Assembly (NCBI GenBank): GCA_963768885.1
Contig: CAVYJN010000006.1
Location: 373,258 to 437,257 of the forward strand
DNA length: 64,000 nt
Direction of reading: 5' to 3'
Origin: an uncultured Solirubrobacterales bacterium
GTDB lineage: Bacteria > Actinomycetota > Thermoleophilia > Solirubrobacterales > JBBDJG01
The position numbers were made by a program, and so were the translations under genes. Below the pieces are notes generated by a model. The model saw only the letters and a program-made list of their open reading frames with translations, had not been told where the DNA came from and did no database searches. Shown here piece by piece: positions 47,168-56,991 of the stretch; position 1 is the first letter of the stretch, and the number at the start of each line of letters is the position of its first letter.

Positions 47168-49419
47168 GCGCGAGCCGCGCGGCGCGCGACGAGCGCGCCC
47201 GTGGCGGCCGCAAGCCCCACGAGCGCGGCCGCCGCGAGCGCGACTCCGCCCGGGGCGGGCGGGCTTCCCAGCTCGGGGCCGATGCCGGCGCCGCGCCCGA
47301 CCGCCTCCAGCATCAGGTCGGCGGCGAGCAGCCCGGCGGGCACCCCCAGCAACACCGCGGCGATTGCGGTCGCGGTCGTGCCGACGGCCACGCTCCAGAC
47401 GACCTGCCGCGGGGTGAAGCCGATCGTCTTGAGCACGCCCACGTCGCGGATCCGCTCGCGAATCCCGAGCACCGTCGCCGCGAGCAGGTTCACGACCGCG
47501 AGCGCCAGCACGAGCGCGCTCAGCGCGTAGAACGCGAACCTGAACGCGTCGAAGTCCCCGACGTCGGTGTCCCGGACCTGCACGGAGCCGCCGGCGGCCG
47601 AGAGCCGGCGCGCGACGGCCGACCTGTCCGCTCCGGGCGTGACGCGCACGAAGTAATCGCCGGGGGCGGCCGCGGGCTCGACCGTGCGCAGGCCGGCGAG
47701 CGTGATCTGGGCGATCTCACCGGAGTCCTCCGTCTCCTGGTATCGCCCGACGATGCGCAGGTCGAGCCGTCGCCCGCCGACCTCCAGCGGCAGCGGGTCG
47801 CCGACCTCAAGATGGAGCAGGCGCAGCAGGCCGTAGCCCGCGACGGCCTCGCTTGCCGTGCGCGGCATCCGGCCCTCCCGCACGACGAAGCCGCCCCGCC
47901 GCAGGTCGCCGCCGAGCGCGCGCACGAGGAACGTCGCATCGCCGACGGCGCCCCGCCGGTCGGTCGCCGTGTACCAGTCCCGCACGCCCGGTTGCGCGGC
48001 GAGCGTTCGCGCGACGGCGTCGGCGGGCGCGTCCCCGGCGTCGACGACGACGTCGAACGGGTCTCCGGCGAGCGCGGGCCGGTCGACGATCTCGTCGACC
48101 GTGCGGTCCATCGCGAGCGTGGCGACTATCGCGATCACGGTCACGGCGAGCGTGGCGATCGACAGCCAGGCGCGCAGCGGTCGCGCCGCGACATCCTTCA
48201 GGCCGACGACCGTCGGCGGGCGCAGCCCCAGGCGGACGGCGAGGCCGGCGAGGCGCGAAGGCCGGGCCGAGACAGGCGACGCTCCCTGCGTGATCGCGCG
48301 GCTGGCGGGTATGCGTCCGGCTCGCCAGGCGGGCAGCACCGTCGCGGCGCACACGATCGCCAGCACTGCGGCAACCGCGATGAACACCGTGCCGATCGTG
48401 ACCGGGGCACGGCCGCCGCCGAGCACCTCCGCCACGTCGAGCTCGAGGCTCGGCGCCAGCAGGAGGCCCGCGGTCACGCCGAGCACCGCGCCGCCCGCCG
48501 CGACGATCAGGTTCTCCCCGAGCACGATCATCGTGAGCGTGCCCGGTGTGAACCCGAGCGCCTTCAGGATGCCGAGCTCACGGTAGGTCGCGAGCACGCG
48601 GGCGCTGACCGCGCTCAGGATCACGAGGCCGGCGGCGACCAGCAGGAACACGCCGAACGAGGCCAGGAAGGCGGCGAAGAACCGGTTCAGCCCGAGCGCG
48701 TCCCCGCGGGTGTCCTTCCAGTCCAGCACGTGCGTCACGCCGCGCTCGTGCGCGCGCTGGATGCGCGACTCGAACGCGCCGACGGCGGCGGGCTTCGCGA
48801 TCCTGACGAGCAGCATGGACTCGGCCCGGCGCGGGTCGAGCCGGTGGAGCACCGCGGCCGGGGCCCACACCGTCGCCGAGGAGCAGTCGGGATAGAAGCA
48901 ATCGAGCATGTCGAGCGCCGTGCCCACGACGCGCACACCGGCCTTGCCACCGTTCCCGTCCAGGACGAGGCGGTCGCCGGGCCCGATGCCTTCCTCCAGC
49001 GCGAAGCTGCGCTCCACGACGACCTCGCGCGCGCCGCCCGCTCTCAGCCACCGTCCGTCGTGCAGCAGCGGGGTGGCGACCGCGGGGCGCCGCCGGGTCG
49101 CGGCGCGGACGTCGACGTCGTCGATCGGGCGGCCGCGGTGGACGACCGAGGTGTCGAACAGGATCGCCGAGGGTCCCGCGGCCTGCACGACCTGCGGGTC
49201 GTCGCGAATCCGCCGCATCGTGGCCCGGTCCCCGAAGAGCGCCACGTGAGCGCCGTTCGCGCGTGCGAACGACTCGTCCCAGCGCTGCTCGGCGCCTTCC
49301 TGCTGTGCGAGCCCCGCGGTGATGCCGGCCGCGGCAACCGCGACGACCACCATCAGGATCACCGCCTGGGGCCGCCGGCGCCTCAGGTCCCCGGCGGCCG
49401 CACGCCAGGCCGCACGCAT
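47137..49419 (-). CDS. ABC transporter permease, double FtsX-domain (MacB-like)
   Basis: 760 aa from ATG 49419, which shares one base with the ATPase stop (TGATG). It has two FtsX 4-TM modules with large extracytoplasmic loops. Confidence 0.85.
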   Translation of the reverse strand: MRAAWRAAAGDLRRRRPQAVILMVVVAVAAAGITAGLAQQEGAEQRWDESFARANGAHVALFGDRATMRRIRDDPQVVQAAGPSAILFDTSVVHRGRPIDDVDVRAATRRRPAVATPLLHDGRWLRAGGAREVVVERSFALEEGIGPGDRLVLDGNGGKAGVRVVGTALDMLDCFYPDCSSATVWAPAAVLHRLDPRRAESMLLVRIAKPAAVGAFESRIQRAHERGVTHVLDWKDTRGDALGLNRFFAAFLASFGVFLLVAAGLVILSAVSARVLATYRELGILKALGFTPGTLTMIVLGENLIVAAGGAVLGVTAGLLLAPSLELDVAEVLGGGRAPVTIGTVFIAVAAVLAIVCAATVLPAWRAGRIPASRAITQGASPVSARPSRLAGLAVRLGLRPPTVVGLKDVAARPLRAWLSIATLAVTVIAIVATLAMDRTVDEIVDRPALAGDPFDVVVDAGDAPADAVARTLAAQPGVRDWYTATDRRGAVGDATFLVRALGGDLRRGGFVVREGRMPRTASEAVAGYGLLRLLHLEVGDPLPLEVGGRRLDLRIVGRYQETEDSGEIAQITLAGLRTVEPAAAPGDYFVRVTPGADRSAVARRLSAAGGSVQVRDTDVGDFDAFRFAFYALSALVLALAVVNLLAATVLGIRERIRDVGVLKTIGFTPRQVVWSVAVGTTATAIAAVLLGVPAGLLAADLMLEAVGRGAGIGPELGSPPAPGGVALAAAALVGLAAATGALVARRAARAQVADVLRAE

Positions 49420-50213
49420 CAGCGTTGCGCGACGACGCGTCCGTCTTCCATCCGCACCTGGCGCCGCGCTGCGGCCGACACCCGCGCGTCGTGCGTGACC
49501 AGCACGATCGTCTGGCCGGCCGCGTTGCACTCCGCGAGCAGCGCGATCACCTCGCCGGTCGCCTCGCTGTCGAGGTTCCCGGTCGGCTCGTCGGCCAGCA
49601 GGACGCTGGGCTCGTTTGCGAGGGCGCGGGCCAGCGCGACTCGCTGCTGCTCCCCGCCGGAGAGCTCCGCGGGCGCCTTGCGCGCATCGTCGGCCCCCAG
49701 GCCGAGCCGCTCCAGCAGCTCGCTTCGCCGGGCCCGTGCCGCGGCGGGCGAGCGGCCCGTCAGCAGCATCGGCAGCTCGACGTTGTCCGCCACGCTCAGG
49801 TTCGCCACGAGGTTGAAGAACTGGAACACGTAGCCGACGCGGCGGCGTCGCAGCACGGCTCGCTTCGCCTCCGACAGCAGGTCGATCCGCTCACCTGCCA
49901 GCATCACGGTCCCGCCGCTCGGGACGTCGAGCCCCCCGAGCAGATGCAGGAGCGTCGACTTGCCGCACCCGCTCGGGCCCGTGATCGCGATCATCTCTCC
50001 CGGATCGATCGACAGCGTCACGCCCCGCAGCGCCTCGACCGCCGCCCCTGCGGTGTCGTAGGCCTTGCGCAGGTCGCGTGTCGCGGCGATCGGGCGGCTG
50101 CCCCCGCCGGCGTCGTCACGGTGTTCCGCGGGCCCGGCGGAATGCTGCACGGCGTCGTTAACTCGCAGCGGGAGGGGGGATCGGCCGGGTCGTCGTGGCG
50201 GACTGCGGCTCAC
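49419..50213 (-). CDS. ABC transporter ATP-binding protein (MacB/LolD type)
   Basis: Walker A GPSGCGKSTLL, signature [15 protein letters not shown], Walker [12 protein letters not shown]. The start is uncertain (50213 or GTG 50150). Confidence 0.85.
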   Translation of the reverse strand: MSRSPPRRPGRSPLPLRVNDAVQHSAGPAEHRDDAGGGSRPIAATRDLRKAYDTAGAAVEALRGVTLSIDPGEMIAITGPSGCGKSTLLHLLGGLDVPSGGTVMLAGERIDLLSEAKRAVLRRRRVGYVFQFFNLVANLSVADNVELPMLLTGRSPAAARARRSELLERLGLGADDARKAPAELSGGEQQRVALARALANEPSVLLADEPTGNLDSEATGEVIALLAECNAAGQTIVLVTHDARVSAAARRQVRMEDGRVVAQR

Positions 50214-50355
50214 CGCGGACCGAATCAGAGCCGAACAGGCGCCGTGGCCTGCGGCTCAACCGCGTGCCGCAGCGGGGACACGACTCGGCCGGGCCCATCG
50301 CCGCGCGCGGCTTGTAGAGCGTGAGACGGCACTGCGGACAATGCAGGTAAGGCAT
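50158..50355 (-). CDS. small zinc-ribbon protein (65 aa), hypothetical
   Basis: MPYLHCPQCRLTLYKPRAAMGPAESCPRCGTRL carries two CxxC pairs. It would overlap the ABC gene unless that gene starts at 50150. Confidence 0.35.
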   Translation of the reverse strand: MPYLHCPQCRLTLYKPRAAMGPAESCPRCGTRLSRRPRRLFGSDSVRGEPQSATTTRPIPPPAAS

Positions 50356-50421
50356 GGCTTCCCGAGCCTAAGCCGGGGGTGTTTGGCCTGCATCGGTGTG
50401 AAATACGGAGTTGGAGGGCGG

Positions 50422-51333
50422 TCATCCGCCGCGCGGCACGACGAGGATGCTCGTGGGGCACGTGCGGACCAGCCCCGACGAGACCCCGCCGAGCAGTACC
50501 CGGCGCACCGGGCCGTACTGCCGCGATCCGACCACCAGCAGGTCGATGCCGTTCTCGGCGGCGCTCGCCAGCGCGTCCACGGCCGACCCTTCGAGCACGT
50601 AGCGCTGCACGTCGACGCCCGGCCGTGTCGCCGCCGCCGCTTCGTTCAGCTTCCGCTCGAGCCGCTCGCGGGCGTACTTCGACACCTCGGTCGGGTCGTA
50701 CCCCGCCGGAACGGAGTCGATCCCGAAGATCATCTCCGGCTCGTGGACGGCGAGCAGGCGCAGGGATGCTCCCGTGCGGCGCGCCACGAACTCGGCGTGT
50801 CGCAGCGCGACCGCCGACTCCTCCGAGCCGTCGAACGCGCACCCGACCACCTTCAGCGCGCGATCGGCGCGCTCGCGGAACCCCGCGGGCGCCACCGCGA
50901 CCGCACACGGCGCGCCGTAAAGCAGCCGTTCGGCGACGGATCCGGCCAGCACGCGGCCGATCGCGCCGCGGTGGCTCGACCCGACGATCAGCGCGTCGGC
51001 CTGGGCCGACTCCGCCAGCTCGTGCAGGCCCTGCGCAGCCGAGCGCGCGCCGACCACCCGTGTCTGTGCGCGGTCGTCCTCGCCCACCGCCGCCGACAGC
51101 ATCTCGGCCGCCTCGCGGCGCATCGCCTCCTCGCGGTCGGCGGTGCCGGGCGCGTAGGGAAACTCGTGTGGCACGACCGCGGCCACCAGCAGCTCGGCGC
51201 CCGCGGCATCCGCGAGCAGCCGCGCGAGCGCGAGCCCGTCGGCGGCCCGCTCGCTGCCGTCATAGCCCGCGACCAGCGTCGCGTAGCGCGGGACCGCCTC
51301 GGCCGGGGGCTGGGAGGTCTCGGTCACGCTCAT
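50422..51333 (-). CDS. tandem-domain universal stress protein (Rv2005c-like)
   Basis: Start at ATG 51333 (MSVTETSQPP). The two USP repeats contain ADALIVGSSHRGAIGRVLAGSVAERLLYGAPCAVAVAP and IDLLVVGSRQYGPVRRVLLGGVSSGLVRTCPTSILVVP. Confidence 0.85.
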   Translation of the reverse strand: MSVTETSQPPAEAVPRYATLVAGYDGSERAADGLALARLLADAAGAELLVAAVVPHEFPYAPGTADREEAMRREAAEMLSAAVGEDDRAQTRVVGARSAAQGLHELAESAQADALIVGSSHRGAIGRVLAGSVAERLLYGAPCAVAVAPAGFRERADRALKVVGCAFDGSEESAVALRHAEFVARRTGASLRLLAVHEPEMIFGIDSVPAGYDPTEVSKYARERLERKLNEAAAATRPGVDVQRYVLEGSAVDALASAAENGIDLLVVGSRQYGPVRRVLLGGVSSGLVRTCPTSILVVPRGG

Positions 51334-51569
51334 GTGGCGATCCGATCCGGCGAGGGGTGCGCGGCGGGCGACGGCCCGCCGGGCAGCGGCACGGAGCTCA
51401 TCTGCGCTTGCCGTACATCCGCAGATGCGACTCCGTGCCTCTGGCCAACCGGGAGATGCTCGCGATGCTGCGTGCATGCTCCATGCACGGACACTATGCG
51501 ACGCCGGCCCGCGCGCGGAACCGCGCAAGCCCGAGAAGTTGATGCGTAGAACTCCGCAGCCGGCGCGAT

Positions 51570-53171
51570 TCAGGCCTCCAACGCCTCACTCACGAACCTG
51601 TCGAGCTCCTCCAGGCAGGCGTCGACCGGACGGTCGGTGCGGAGCGCGTGGAGGCTCGCCGCGGGGATCTCGTCGAGCGGATCGCGTGTCTCGAGCTGGG
51701 CGGCGATCACCGGCCACGTCGCGTCCGACCCGTGCTCGGGACCGTGCTCGCGCGCGGCTGCGCGCTGCCGCAGCACTTCGGGGGGCGCGACGCACTCGAC
51801 CCACAGGACGCGGGCGCCCGGACGCTCCAGCTCGCGCATCAGCATGGCGCGGTGCGCGCGGTCCGAGAAGGTCGCGTCGACGATCGCGCCGCCCTGCGAC
51901 TCCAGCGCCGCGGCGGCCCGCGCGGCGAGCTCGGCGTACGTGCGCTCGGTGTGCTCGTGGTCGTATGCACGCGGCGGCGCGCGGTCCCCGGCCCGAACGC
52001 CGGCCAGCTCCTTTCGCACACGGTCCGAGCTGAGGTGGGCGAGCCCGCTGCGCTCCCGCAGCGCCGCGGCGAGGGTCGACTTCCCCGACCCGCCGACCCC
52101 GCAGATCACCAGGACCAGGGGGAGGCGTGCCCGCCACGCCAGCCGCTGCGCGAGCCGGAAAAGCTCGCGGGCACGCGTTTCGAGCTGCGCCCTCGCCGGA
52201 TCCCCGGGCCCGAGCTGGCGGATGCGCAGCGCGGCCACCTTGGCCCTCACCCACGCCCGGTAGCACTCATAGAACGGCAGCACCTCGCGCAGGCCCTCGT
52301 CACCGGTGCGCGCCGTGTAGGCGCGCTCGACCGCGTCCGAGAGCGCGGGGACGCCGAGGCGCTTCAGGTCCATGGTCAGGAAGGCCAGGTCCGCGGCGAC
52401 GTCGATGCGGCGCAGCCGGTCGTCGAACTCGATGCAGTCGATCAGCGTCAGTCGCTGCGGCTCGACGACGACGTGCTCGGCGCGCAGGTCGCCGTGCACG
52501 TCTCGCACCATCCCGGCCGCCGCGCGCCGGTCGAGCAGGCGCCCCTTGCCGTGCAGGAAGGCCTCCGAGAACCGCCGCACCGAGTCGTGCGTGAGCCGGT
52601 CGACGAGCACGCCGACCTCGGCCTCGGTCGTCTCGAAGTTCTCGCGCAGCCGTTCGCCGATGAAGTCGCGCGACCAGTAGCCTGCGGGCGCGCGCTCGGC
52701 GCGCACGTGCATGTCCGCGACCGCCTCTCCGACCCGCTCGGCGAGCCCGGCATCCGCGGCGCCGCGCTCCACGACCCGCTCGAGCGTCGCGTCCTCGTCG
52801 AGGCGGCGCATCACGATCGCGTACTCGACGGCGGCGGGATCGTCCGCGTCCGCGAGCGCCGGCCTGCCGCCGTGCTCGACGACGGCGCGCACCCCCAGGT
52901 ACACGTCCGGGGCAAAGCGCGCGTTGAGCCGCACCTCCTCCTCGCAAAGGTGCCGCCGCCGCGCGAGCGTGGAGTAGTCCAGGAACGGCATGCGCACCGG
53001 CTTCTTGAGCTTGTAGGCGCGCTCGCCCGCGAGCAGCACCACCGAAGCGTGGGTCTCGCGTACCTCGACCCCCGCGGCGGGCGGAGAGTAGAACGACGGA
53101 TCGCGCATGGCCGCGACGACGCGCGCGAAGCTGCCGCCGTCCGCGCCCGTGGTCAGCGGATCCTGCGCCAC
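51570..53171 (-). CDS. aminoglycoside-phosphotransferase-like kinase domain fused to a P-loop (AAA/zeta-type) kinase domain (Rv2004c-like)
   Basis: The N-terminus is VRETHASVVLLAGERAYKLKKPV...VHGDLRAEHVV...IDCIEFD (APH/protein-kinase fold). The C-terminus is VICGVGGSGKSTLAAAL (Walker A). GTG start at 53171. Confidence 0.85.
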   Translation of the reverse strand: MAQDPLTTGADGGSFARVVAAMRDPSFYSPPAAGVEVRETHASVVLLAGERAYKLKKPVRMPFLDYSTLARRRHLCEEEVRLNARFAPDVYLGVRAVVEHGGRPALADADDPAAVEYAIVMRRLDEDATLERVVERGAADAGLAERVGEAVADMHVRAERAPAGYWSRDFIGERLRENFETTEAEVGVLVDRLTHDSVRRFSEAFLHGKGRLLDRRAAAGMVRDVHGDLRAEHVVVEPQRLTLIDCIEFDDRLRRIDVAADLAFLTMDLKRLGVPALSDAVERAYTARTGDEGLREVLPFYECYRAWVRAKVAALRIRQLGPGDPARAQLETRARELFRLAQRLAWRARLPLVLVICGVGGSGKSTLAAALRERSGLAHLSSDRVRKELAGVRAGDRAPPRAYDHEHTERTYAELAARAAAALESQGGAIVDATFSDRAHRAMLMRELERPGARVLWVECVAPPEVLRQRAAAREHGPEHGSDATWPVIAAQLETRDPLDEIPAASLHALRTDRPVDACLEELDRFVSEALEA

Positions 53172-53422
53172 GCCTTGTACGCCTCCGCGATCGCGGGCAC
53201 CTCTGCAGCGTAGACCCGGGGCGCCGCGTCGATTCCGTAGATCCCACGGATGATGGGCCAGCGTTCACCCGGATTTGCGCGGGGCCCGGGCGCGCTAGCG
53301 TCAACGCCTGTCATGTCCACGGAGCAAATCACGCGGCGCAAGCTCCACACCCCGTCGCGGGGTGGTCGCACACAGCGCGACGGCCGGCTCGACGGGGCGA
53401 TCGCTGCCGCCCGTCGGCGCGT

Positions 53423-53428
53423 TAGGCT
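53423..53428 (+). promoter_or_regulatory. candidate -10 (TAGGCT) for a leaderless response-regulator mRNA
   Basis: TAGGCT, then 7 nt, then GTG 53436. There is no SD. Confidence 0.2.
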
Positions 53429-53435
53429 CCGCACC

Positions 53436-54092
53436 GTGAGCGATCGGCCCGTCGAAGGAAGCGACTCGATCAGGATCGTGGTCGCGGACGATCACGCCGT
53501 GGTGCGCAGCGGCCTGCGGATGCTGCTCGACTCCGAGTCGGGCTTCGAGGTCGTGGCCGAGGCCGGCGACGTCGACTCGGCGCGGCGCTACGTGCGCGGC
53601 CATCACCCGGCTGTGCTGGTGCTCGACCTGAACATGCCGGGCGACTCGAGCCTCGAGGCGATCCCCGGGCTCAGGGAGGAGTTCCCGGAGACCCAGATCG
53701 TGGTGCTCACCATGCAGGACGACCCGGCCTTCGCCCGTGAGGCGATGAGGGCCGGGGCGCTCGGCTACGTGTTGAAGGAGGCCGCCGACGCCGAGCTCGT
53801 CGAGGCCGTGCGCAGCGCGGCCGACGGGCGCACCTACCTGCACCCGCAGCTTGGCGCCCGGCTCGCGGCCGAACCGGAGCGCGACGGCCCGCGCAGCGAG
53901 CTGAGCGACCGCGAGATCGAGGTGCTCCGGCTGATCGCGCTCGGTCACACCAACAGCGAGATCGCACAGCAGCTCTTCCTCAGCGTGCGGACGGTCGAGT
54001 CGCACCGCGCGCACATCCAGCAGAAGCTTGGGCTTTCGACGCGCGCCGAGCTGGTCAAGTACGCGCTCGACAACAAGCTGCTGGAAGCCTGA
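53436..54092 (+). CDS. NarL/FixJ-family response regulator (REC + LuxR HTH), DevR/DosR-like
   Basis: IRIVVADDHAVVRSGLRMLL...PAVLVLDLNMPGDSS (phospho-Asp context)...QIVVLTMQDD, followed by LSDREIEVLRLIALGHTNSEIAQQLFLSVRTVESHRAHIQQKLG. Confidence 0.9.
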   Translation: MSDRPVEGSDSIRIVVADDHAVVRSGLRMLLDSESGFEVVAEAGDVDSARRYVRGHHPAVLVLDLNMPGDSSLEAIPGLREEFPETQIVVLTMQDDPAFAREAMRAGALGYVLKEAADAELVEAVRSAADGRTYLHPQLGARLAAEPERDGPRSELSDREIEVLRLIALGHTNSEIAQQLFLSVRTVESHRAHIQQKLGLSTRAELVKYALDNKLLEA

Positions 54093-54230
54093 CGCCGGCC
54101 GTCGCGCGGCGCGACCGCGGCGACGGTGCTCCGTGTCGATTACGGATCGGGCGGTCGGCTATCTGCCGATGCTCGCGGGCCGCGTCCTCCGTAGCCTCGA
54201 TGCACAATGCACGGCCGAGGAGGTAACGAC

Positions 54231-54680
54231 ATGAGTTCGATGGACCGGGTCGAAGGAAGCTATCTGGCGCCTTCGCTGGAGCACGCGTTGGTATCGGACG
54301 CGATGCGCTCGGAGATACTGACCTGCCCACCCGATGCGAGCCTCCGCACCGTCGCGAGGATGATGGCCGCCGAGCACGTCCACTGCGCGGTCGTCTCGGA
54401 CGGCGGCGGGCGCGGGCGGGGGACGGCCGCCTGGGGCATCGTCTCCGACATGGACCTGCTGCGCGCGGCGCGCGAGGACGTGGACGAGCGGACCGCATCC
54501 TGGGCGGCGGTGTCCGAGTTCCTGTCGGTGGCGCCTGGCGAGCCGCTCGAGCGCGCCGTGCAGATGATGCTCGAGCACAACGTGACTCATCTGGTGGTCG
54601 TCGATCCGGCGAACGACAAGGCCGTCGGCGTGCTCTCGACGCTCGACATCGCGGGAGTGCTGGCCTGGGGGCTCGCCTAG
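54231..54680 (+). CDS. CBS-pair protein (Hrp1/Rv2626c-like)
   Basis: ATG 54231 follows GAGGAGG. There are two CBS motifs (DAMRSEILTCPPDASLRTVARMMAAEHVHCAVV...; VSEFLSVAPGEPLERAVQMMLEHNVTHLVVVD). Confidence 0.8.
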   Translation: MSSMDRVEGSYLAPSLEHALVSDAMRSEILTCPPDASLRTVARMMAAEHVHCAVVSDGGGRGRGTAAWGIVSDMDLLRAAREDVDERTASWAAVSEFLSVAPGEPLERAVQMMLEHNVTHLVVVDPANDKAVGVLSTLDIAGVLAWGLA

Positions 54681-54684
54681 CCGT

Positions 54685-56397
54685 CTAGCCGGTCTTCGTG
54701 GCGGGCAGCGCGGGCTCCGGGATCAGGGCTCGCACGAGCGTGCCTTTCCCCTCCTCGGACTCGATTTCGACCGTGCCCCCGACCAGCGTGACCCGCTCGC
54801 GCATCCCGACCAGCCCGAACCCGGCAGCGGGAACGCTCGGGTCGAAGCCGCGCCCGTCGTCGCGGATCGTCACGGTCACCCCGCCGTCCTGCCTCAGCAG
54901 CTCGATCTCGAGGTGACCGGCGCCGGCGTGCTTCGCGATGTTCGTGAGGGCCTCCTGCACGAGCCGGTAGACGGTGCTCTCCACCTCGGGCGTGAGGCGT
55001 TCGGCTTCCTCGAGCGACAGCGCGATGTTGGTCTCGACGGTCATGCCCTCGCTGGTCGCCATCCGCTGGGCCAGCGTCTCGATCGCCGGGACGAGCCCGA
55101 TCTCGTCGAGCGCGGGCGGGCGCAGCTCGACGATCAGCGAGCGCAGGTTCGCGATCTCGATGCCGATCTGCTGGACGGCCTCGCGCACGGAATGCCGGAG
55201 GCGCTCGGGGTCCTCGCGCCGTAGCGCGGAGGAAAGCAGCATCCGCAGGCCGCCGAGCCCCTGAAGCGTCTCGTCGTGCAGCTCGCGCGCCCAGCGGCGG
55301 CGCTCCTGCTCGGAGGCCTCGATGCTGTCGCGCAGCCGGTGCTCGGCGACCGACGTTGCGGTGTGCACGCTCACCGCGGCCGTCGCCGCGAAGGACTCGA
55401 GCAGCCGCGCGTCCTCGGCGCTGAACTCCGGGCCGCCCCGCTTGTCGGCGGCGATCAGGATCCCCACCGATTGCGAGCGGAACACGAGTGGCACCAGCAA
55501 CGCGCTCTCCGCGTGCAGCCCCAGCTCCTGCGACGAGACCATCACGCGGCTCGACAGGTCCGCGACGCGCTCCGGCCGCATCGACTTCAGCACCTGGCCC
55601 GAGATGGACCCCTCGATCGGCACGCGTGTGTCGAGCAACGCGCGCTCGACGTCGCCGGCGATCTCCTGGATCACGAGCTCGCTGCCCTGGACCAGGAGCA
55701 TCGCCGTCCATCGCGCCTCCACCAGCGCCCGCGCGCGCTTCACGACCAGCTCGAGCACCCTCCGGATGTCCGTCTCCCCGTCGAGGGCGCGCATGATCTC
55801 GGTTGCCGCCCGCAGCCGCCGGACAGCCACCTCCAGCGCGGCGCGGCGCTCCTGGGCGTCGCGATAGAGGCGCGCGTTGTCGATCGCGATCGCGGCCCAG
55901 TCGGCGAGGATCACGGCCGAGTTCTCGTCGGCCTGGTCGAACTCCCCGCAGCCCTGCTTCTCCGTGAGGTACAGGTTTCCCCACGCCTCGCCGCGAATCA
56001 CGATCGGAACGCCGAGGAAGCCGTGCATCGGGGGGTGCCCCGGCGGGAAGCCGTAGGAGGCCGGGTGCGAGCCGACGTCGCCGATGCGCAGCGGTCGCGC
56101 ATCGCGGATCAGCTCTCCCAGGACCCCGCGGCCGGTGGGCAGGTCGCCGATCCGTGCGCGCGTCGCGTCGTCGATCCCGAGCGTGATGAAGCGCTCGAGC
56201 TTCGTCCGCGACTCGTCGAGGATCCCGAGCGCGGCGTAGCGCGCGCCGGTCACCTCGCGTGCGGTGTGCAGGACGCGCTCGAGCAGCGACTCCAGGTCCA
56301 GCATCGAGACCAGCGCGCGACCGGCCTCGATGAGGCGCTCCAGACGCTGTGATTCGAGGCTCTGTGCGCCCATCGCCCCGTGATCCTTCGCGTTCAC
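54685..56397 (-). CDS. GAF-GAF-HisKA_3-HATPase sensor histidine kinase, DevS/DosT-like
   Basis: The first GAF contains GRGVLGELIRDARPLRIGDVGSHPASYGFPPGHPPMHGFLGVPIVIRGEAWGNLYLTEK. This closely resembles my recollection of the heme-GAF of DevS, where the proximal His lies in the HPPM segment. A second GAF follows, then the H-box ARELHDETLQGL, and an ATPase domain with N/G boxes. An alternative start is ATG 56373. Confidence 0.9.
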   Translation of the reverse strand: MNAKDHGAMGAQSLESQRLERLIEAGRALVSMLDLESLLERVLHTAREVTGARYAALGILDESRTKLERFITLGIDDATRARIGDLPTGRGVLGELIRDARPLRIGDVGSHPASYGFPPGHPPMHGFLGVPIVIRGEAWGNLYLTEKQGCGEFDQADENSAVILADWAAIAIDNARLYRDAQERRAALEVAVRRLRAATEIMRALDGETDIRRVLELVVKRARALVEARWTAMLLVQGSELVIQEIAGDVERALLDTRVPIEGSISGQVLKSMRPERVADLSSRVMVSSQELGLHAESALLVPLVFRSQSVGILIAADKRGGPEFSAEDARLLESFAATAAVSVHTATSVAEHRLRDSIEASEQERRRWARELHDETLQGLGGLRMLLSSALRREDPERLRHSVREAVQQIGIEIANLRSLIVELRPPALDEIGLVPAIETLAQRMATSEGMTVETNIALSLEEAERLTPEVESTVYRLVQEALTNIAKHAGAGHLEIELLRQDGGVTVTIRDDGRGFDPSVPAAGFGLVGMRERVTLVGGTVEIESEEGKGTLVRALIPEPALPATKTG

Positions 56398-56543
56398 GTC
56401 AGGCTCTGTTCGCGCATCGCCTGTTAAAGCCGGGCATGCTTACGTAGATACTACGGCCAACCATGCGCGGGGGCCAGCGGATGCACGCGCTCCACCGCCG
56501 CGCCTATGCTGATGGAGTCTTAGTAGAGGAAGGGGATCGGGGT

Positions 56544-56990
56544 ATGCCCGTCACAGCAACCGCAAAGCGCTCGAGCGAGCGGACCTCGCCGCTCACGACC
56601 GGCGACTATCTGGAGACTCCCGCGCGCCACATCATGACTCCGGGTGTGGTGACGATCCCCGAGGACGCGAGTCTGCGCCACGTCTACCGGGCGATGACCG
56701 CGCACGGGGTCCGCGCGATCCTGGTCGTCGGGCGCAGCGAGGGGGTCGCACTCGGGTGGGTCACGGCCCGCGGGCTGCTCGGCTGGGTCGGAAGGGACGA
56801 GTCCCTCGCCTCGGCGCGTGATGCGATCACCGAGCGGCCGACCTGGGTCGACCCGAGCGCGACCGCGCGCGAGGCCTTCACGGCGCTCTCGCAGGCCGGC
56901 GTCTCCCATCTGCTCGTTCGGAAGTCCGACGACTCCACCCCGGAGGGGGTCATCTCCGAGCTCGACCTGGTCGCCCTCCAGGGTGAGTGA
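56544..56990 (+). CDS. CBS-pair protein (second Hrp1-like copy)
   Basis: ARHIMTPGVVTIPEDASLRHVYRAMTAHGVRAILVV and ITERPTWVDPSATAREAFTALSQAGVSHLLV. Start at ATG 56544. Confidence 0.8.
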   Translation: MPVTATAKRSSERTSPLTTGDYLETPARHIMTPGVVTIPEDASLRHVYRAMTAHGVRAILVVGRSEGVALGWVTARGLLGWVGRDESLASARDAITERPTWVDPSATAREAFTALSQAGVSHLLVRKSDDSTPEGVISELDLVALQGE

Positions 56991-56991
56991 C

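Noticed and set aside
47032-49833. A 933-aa plus ORF
   Set aside because: It is antisense to the FtsX permease and ABC ATPase genes.
53153-53434. A 93-aa minus ORF upstream of the Rv2004c-like gene; its last ~35 codons have coding-like GC3 (..WPIIRGIYGIDAAPRVYAAEVPAIAEAYKAWRRIR)
   Set aside because: It has no SD and no recognisable family, and its N-terminal half looks non-coding. The region also holds three copies of the candidate operator. It could be a real small gene or a gene tail, so I left it unannotated. It needs a homology search.
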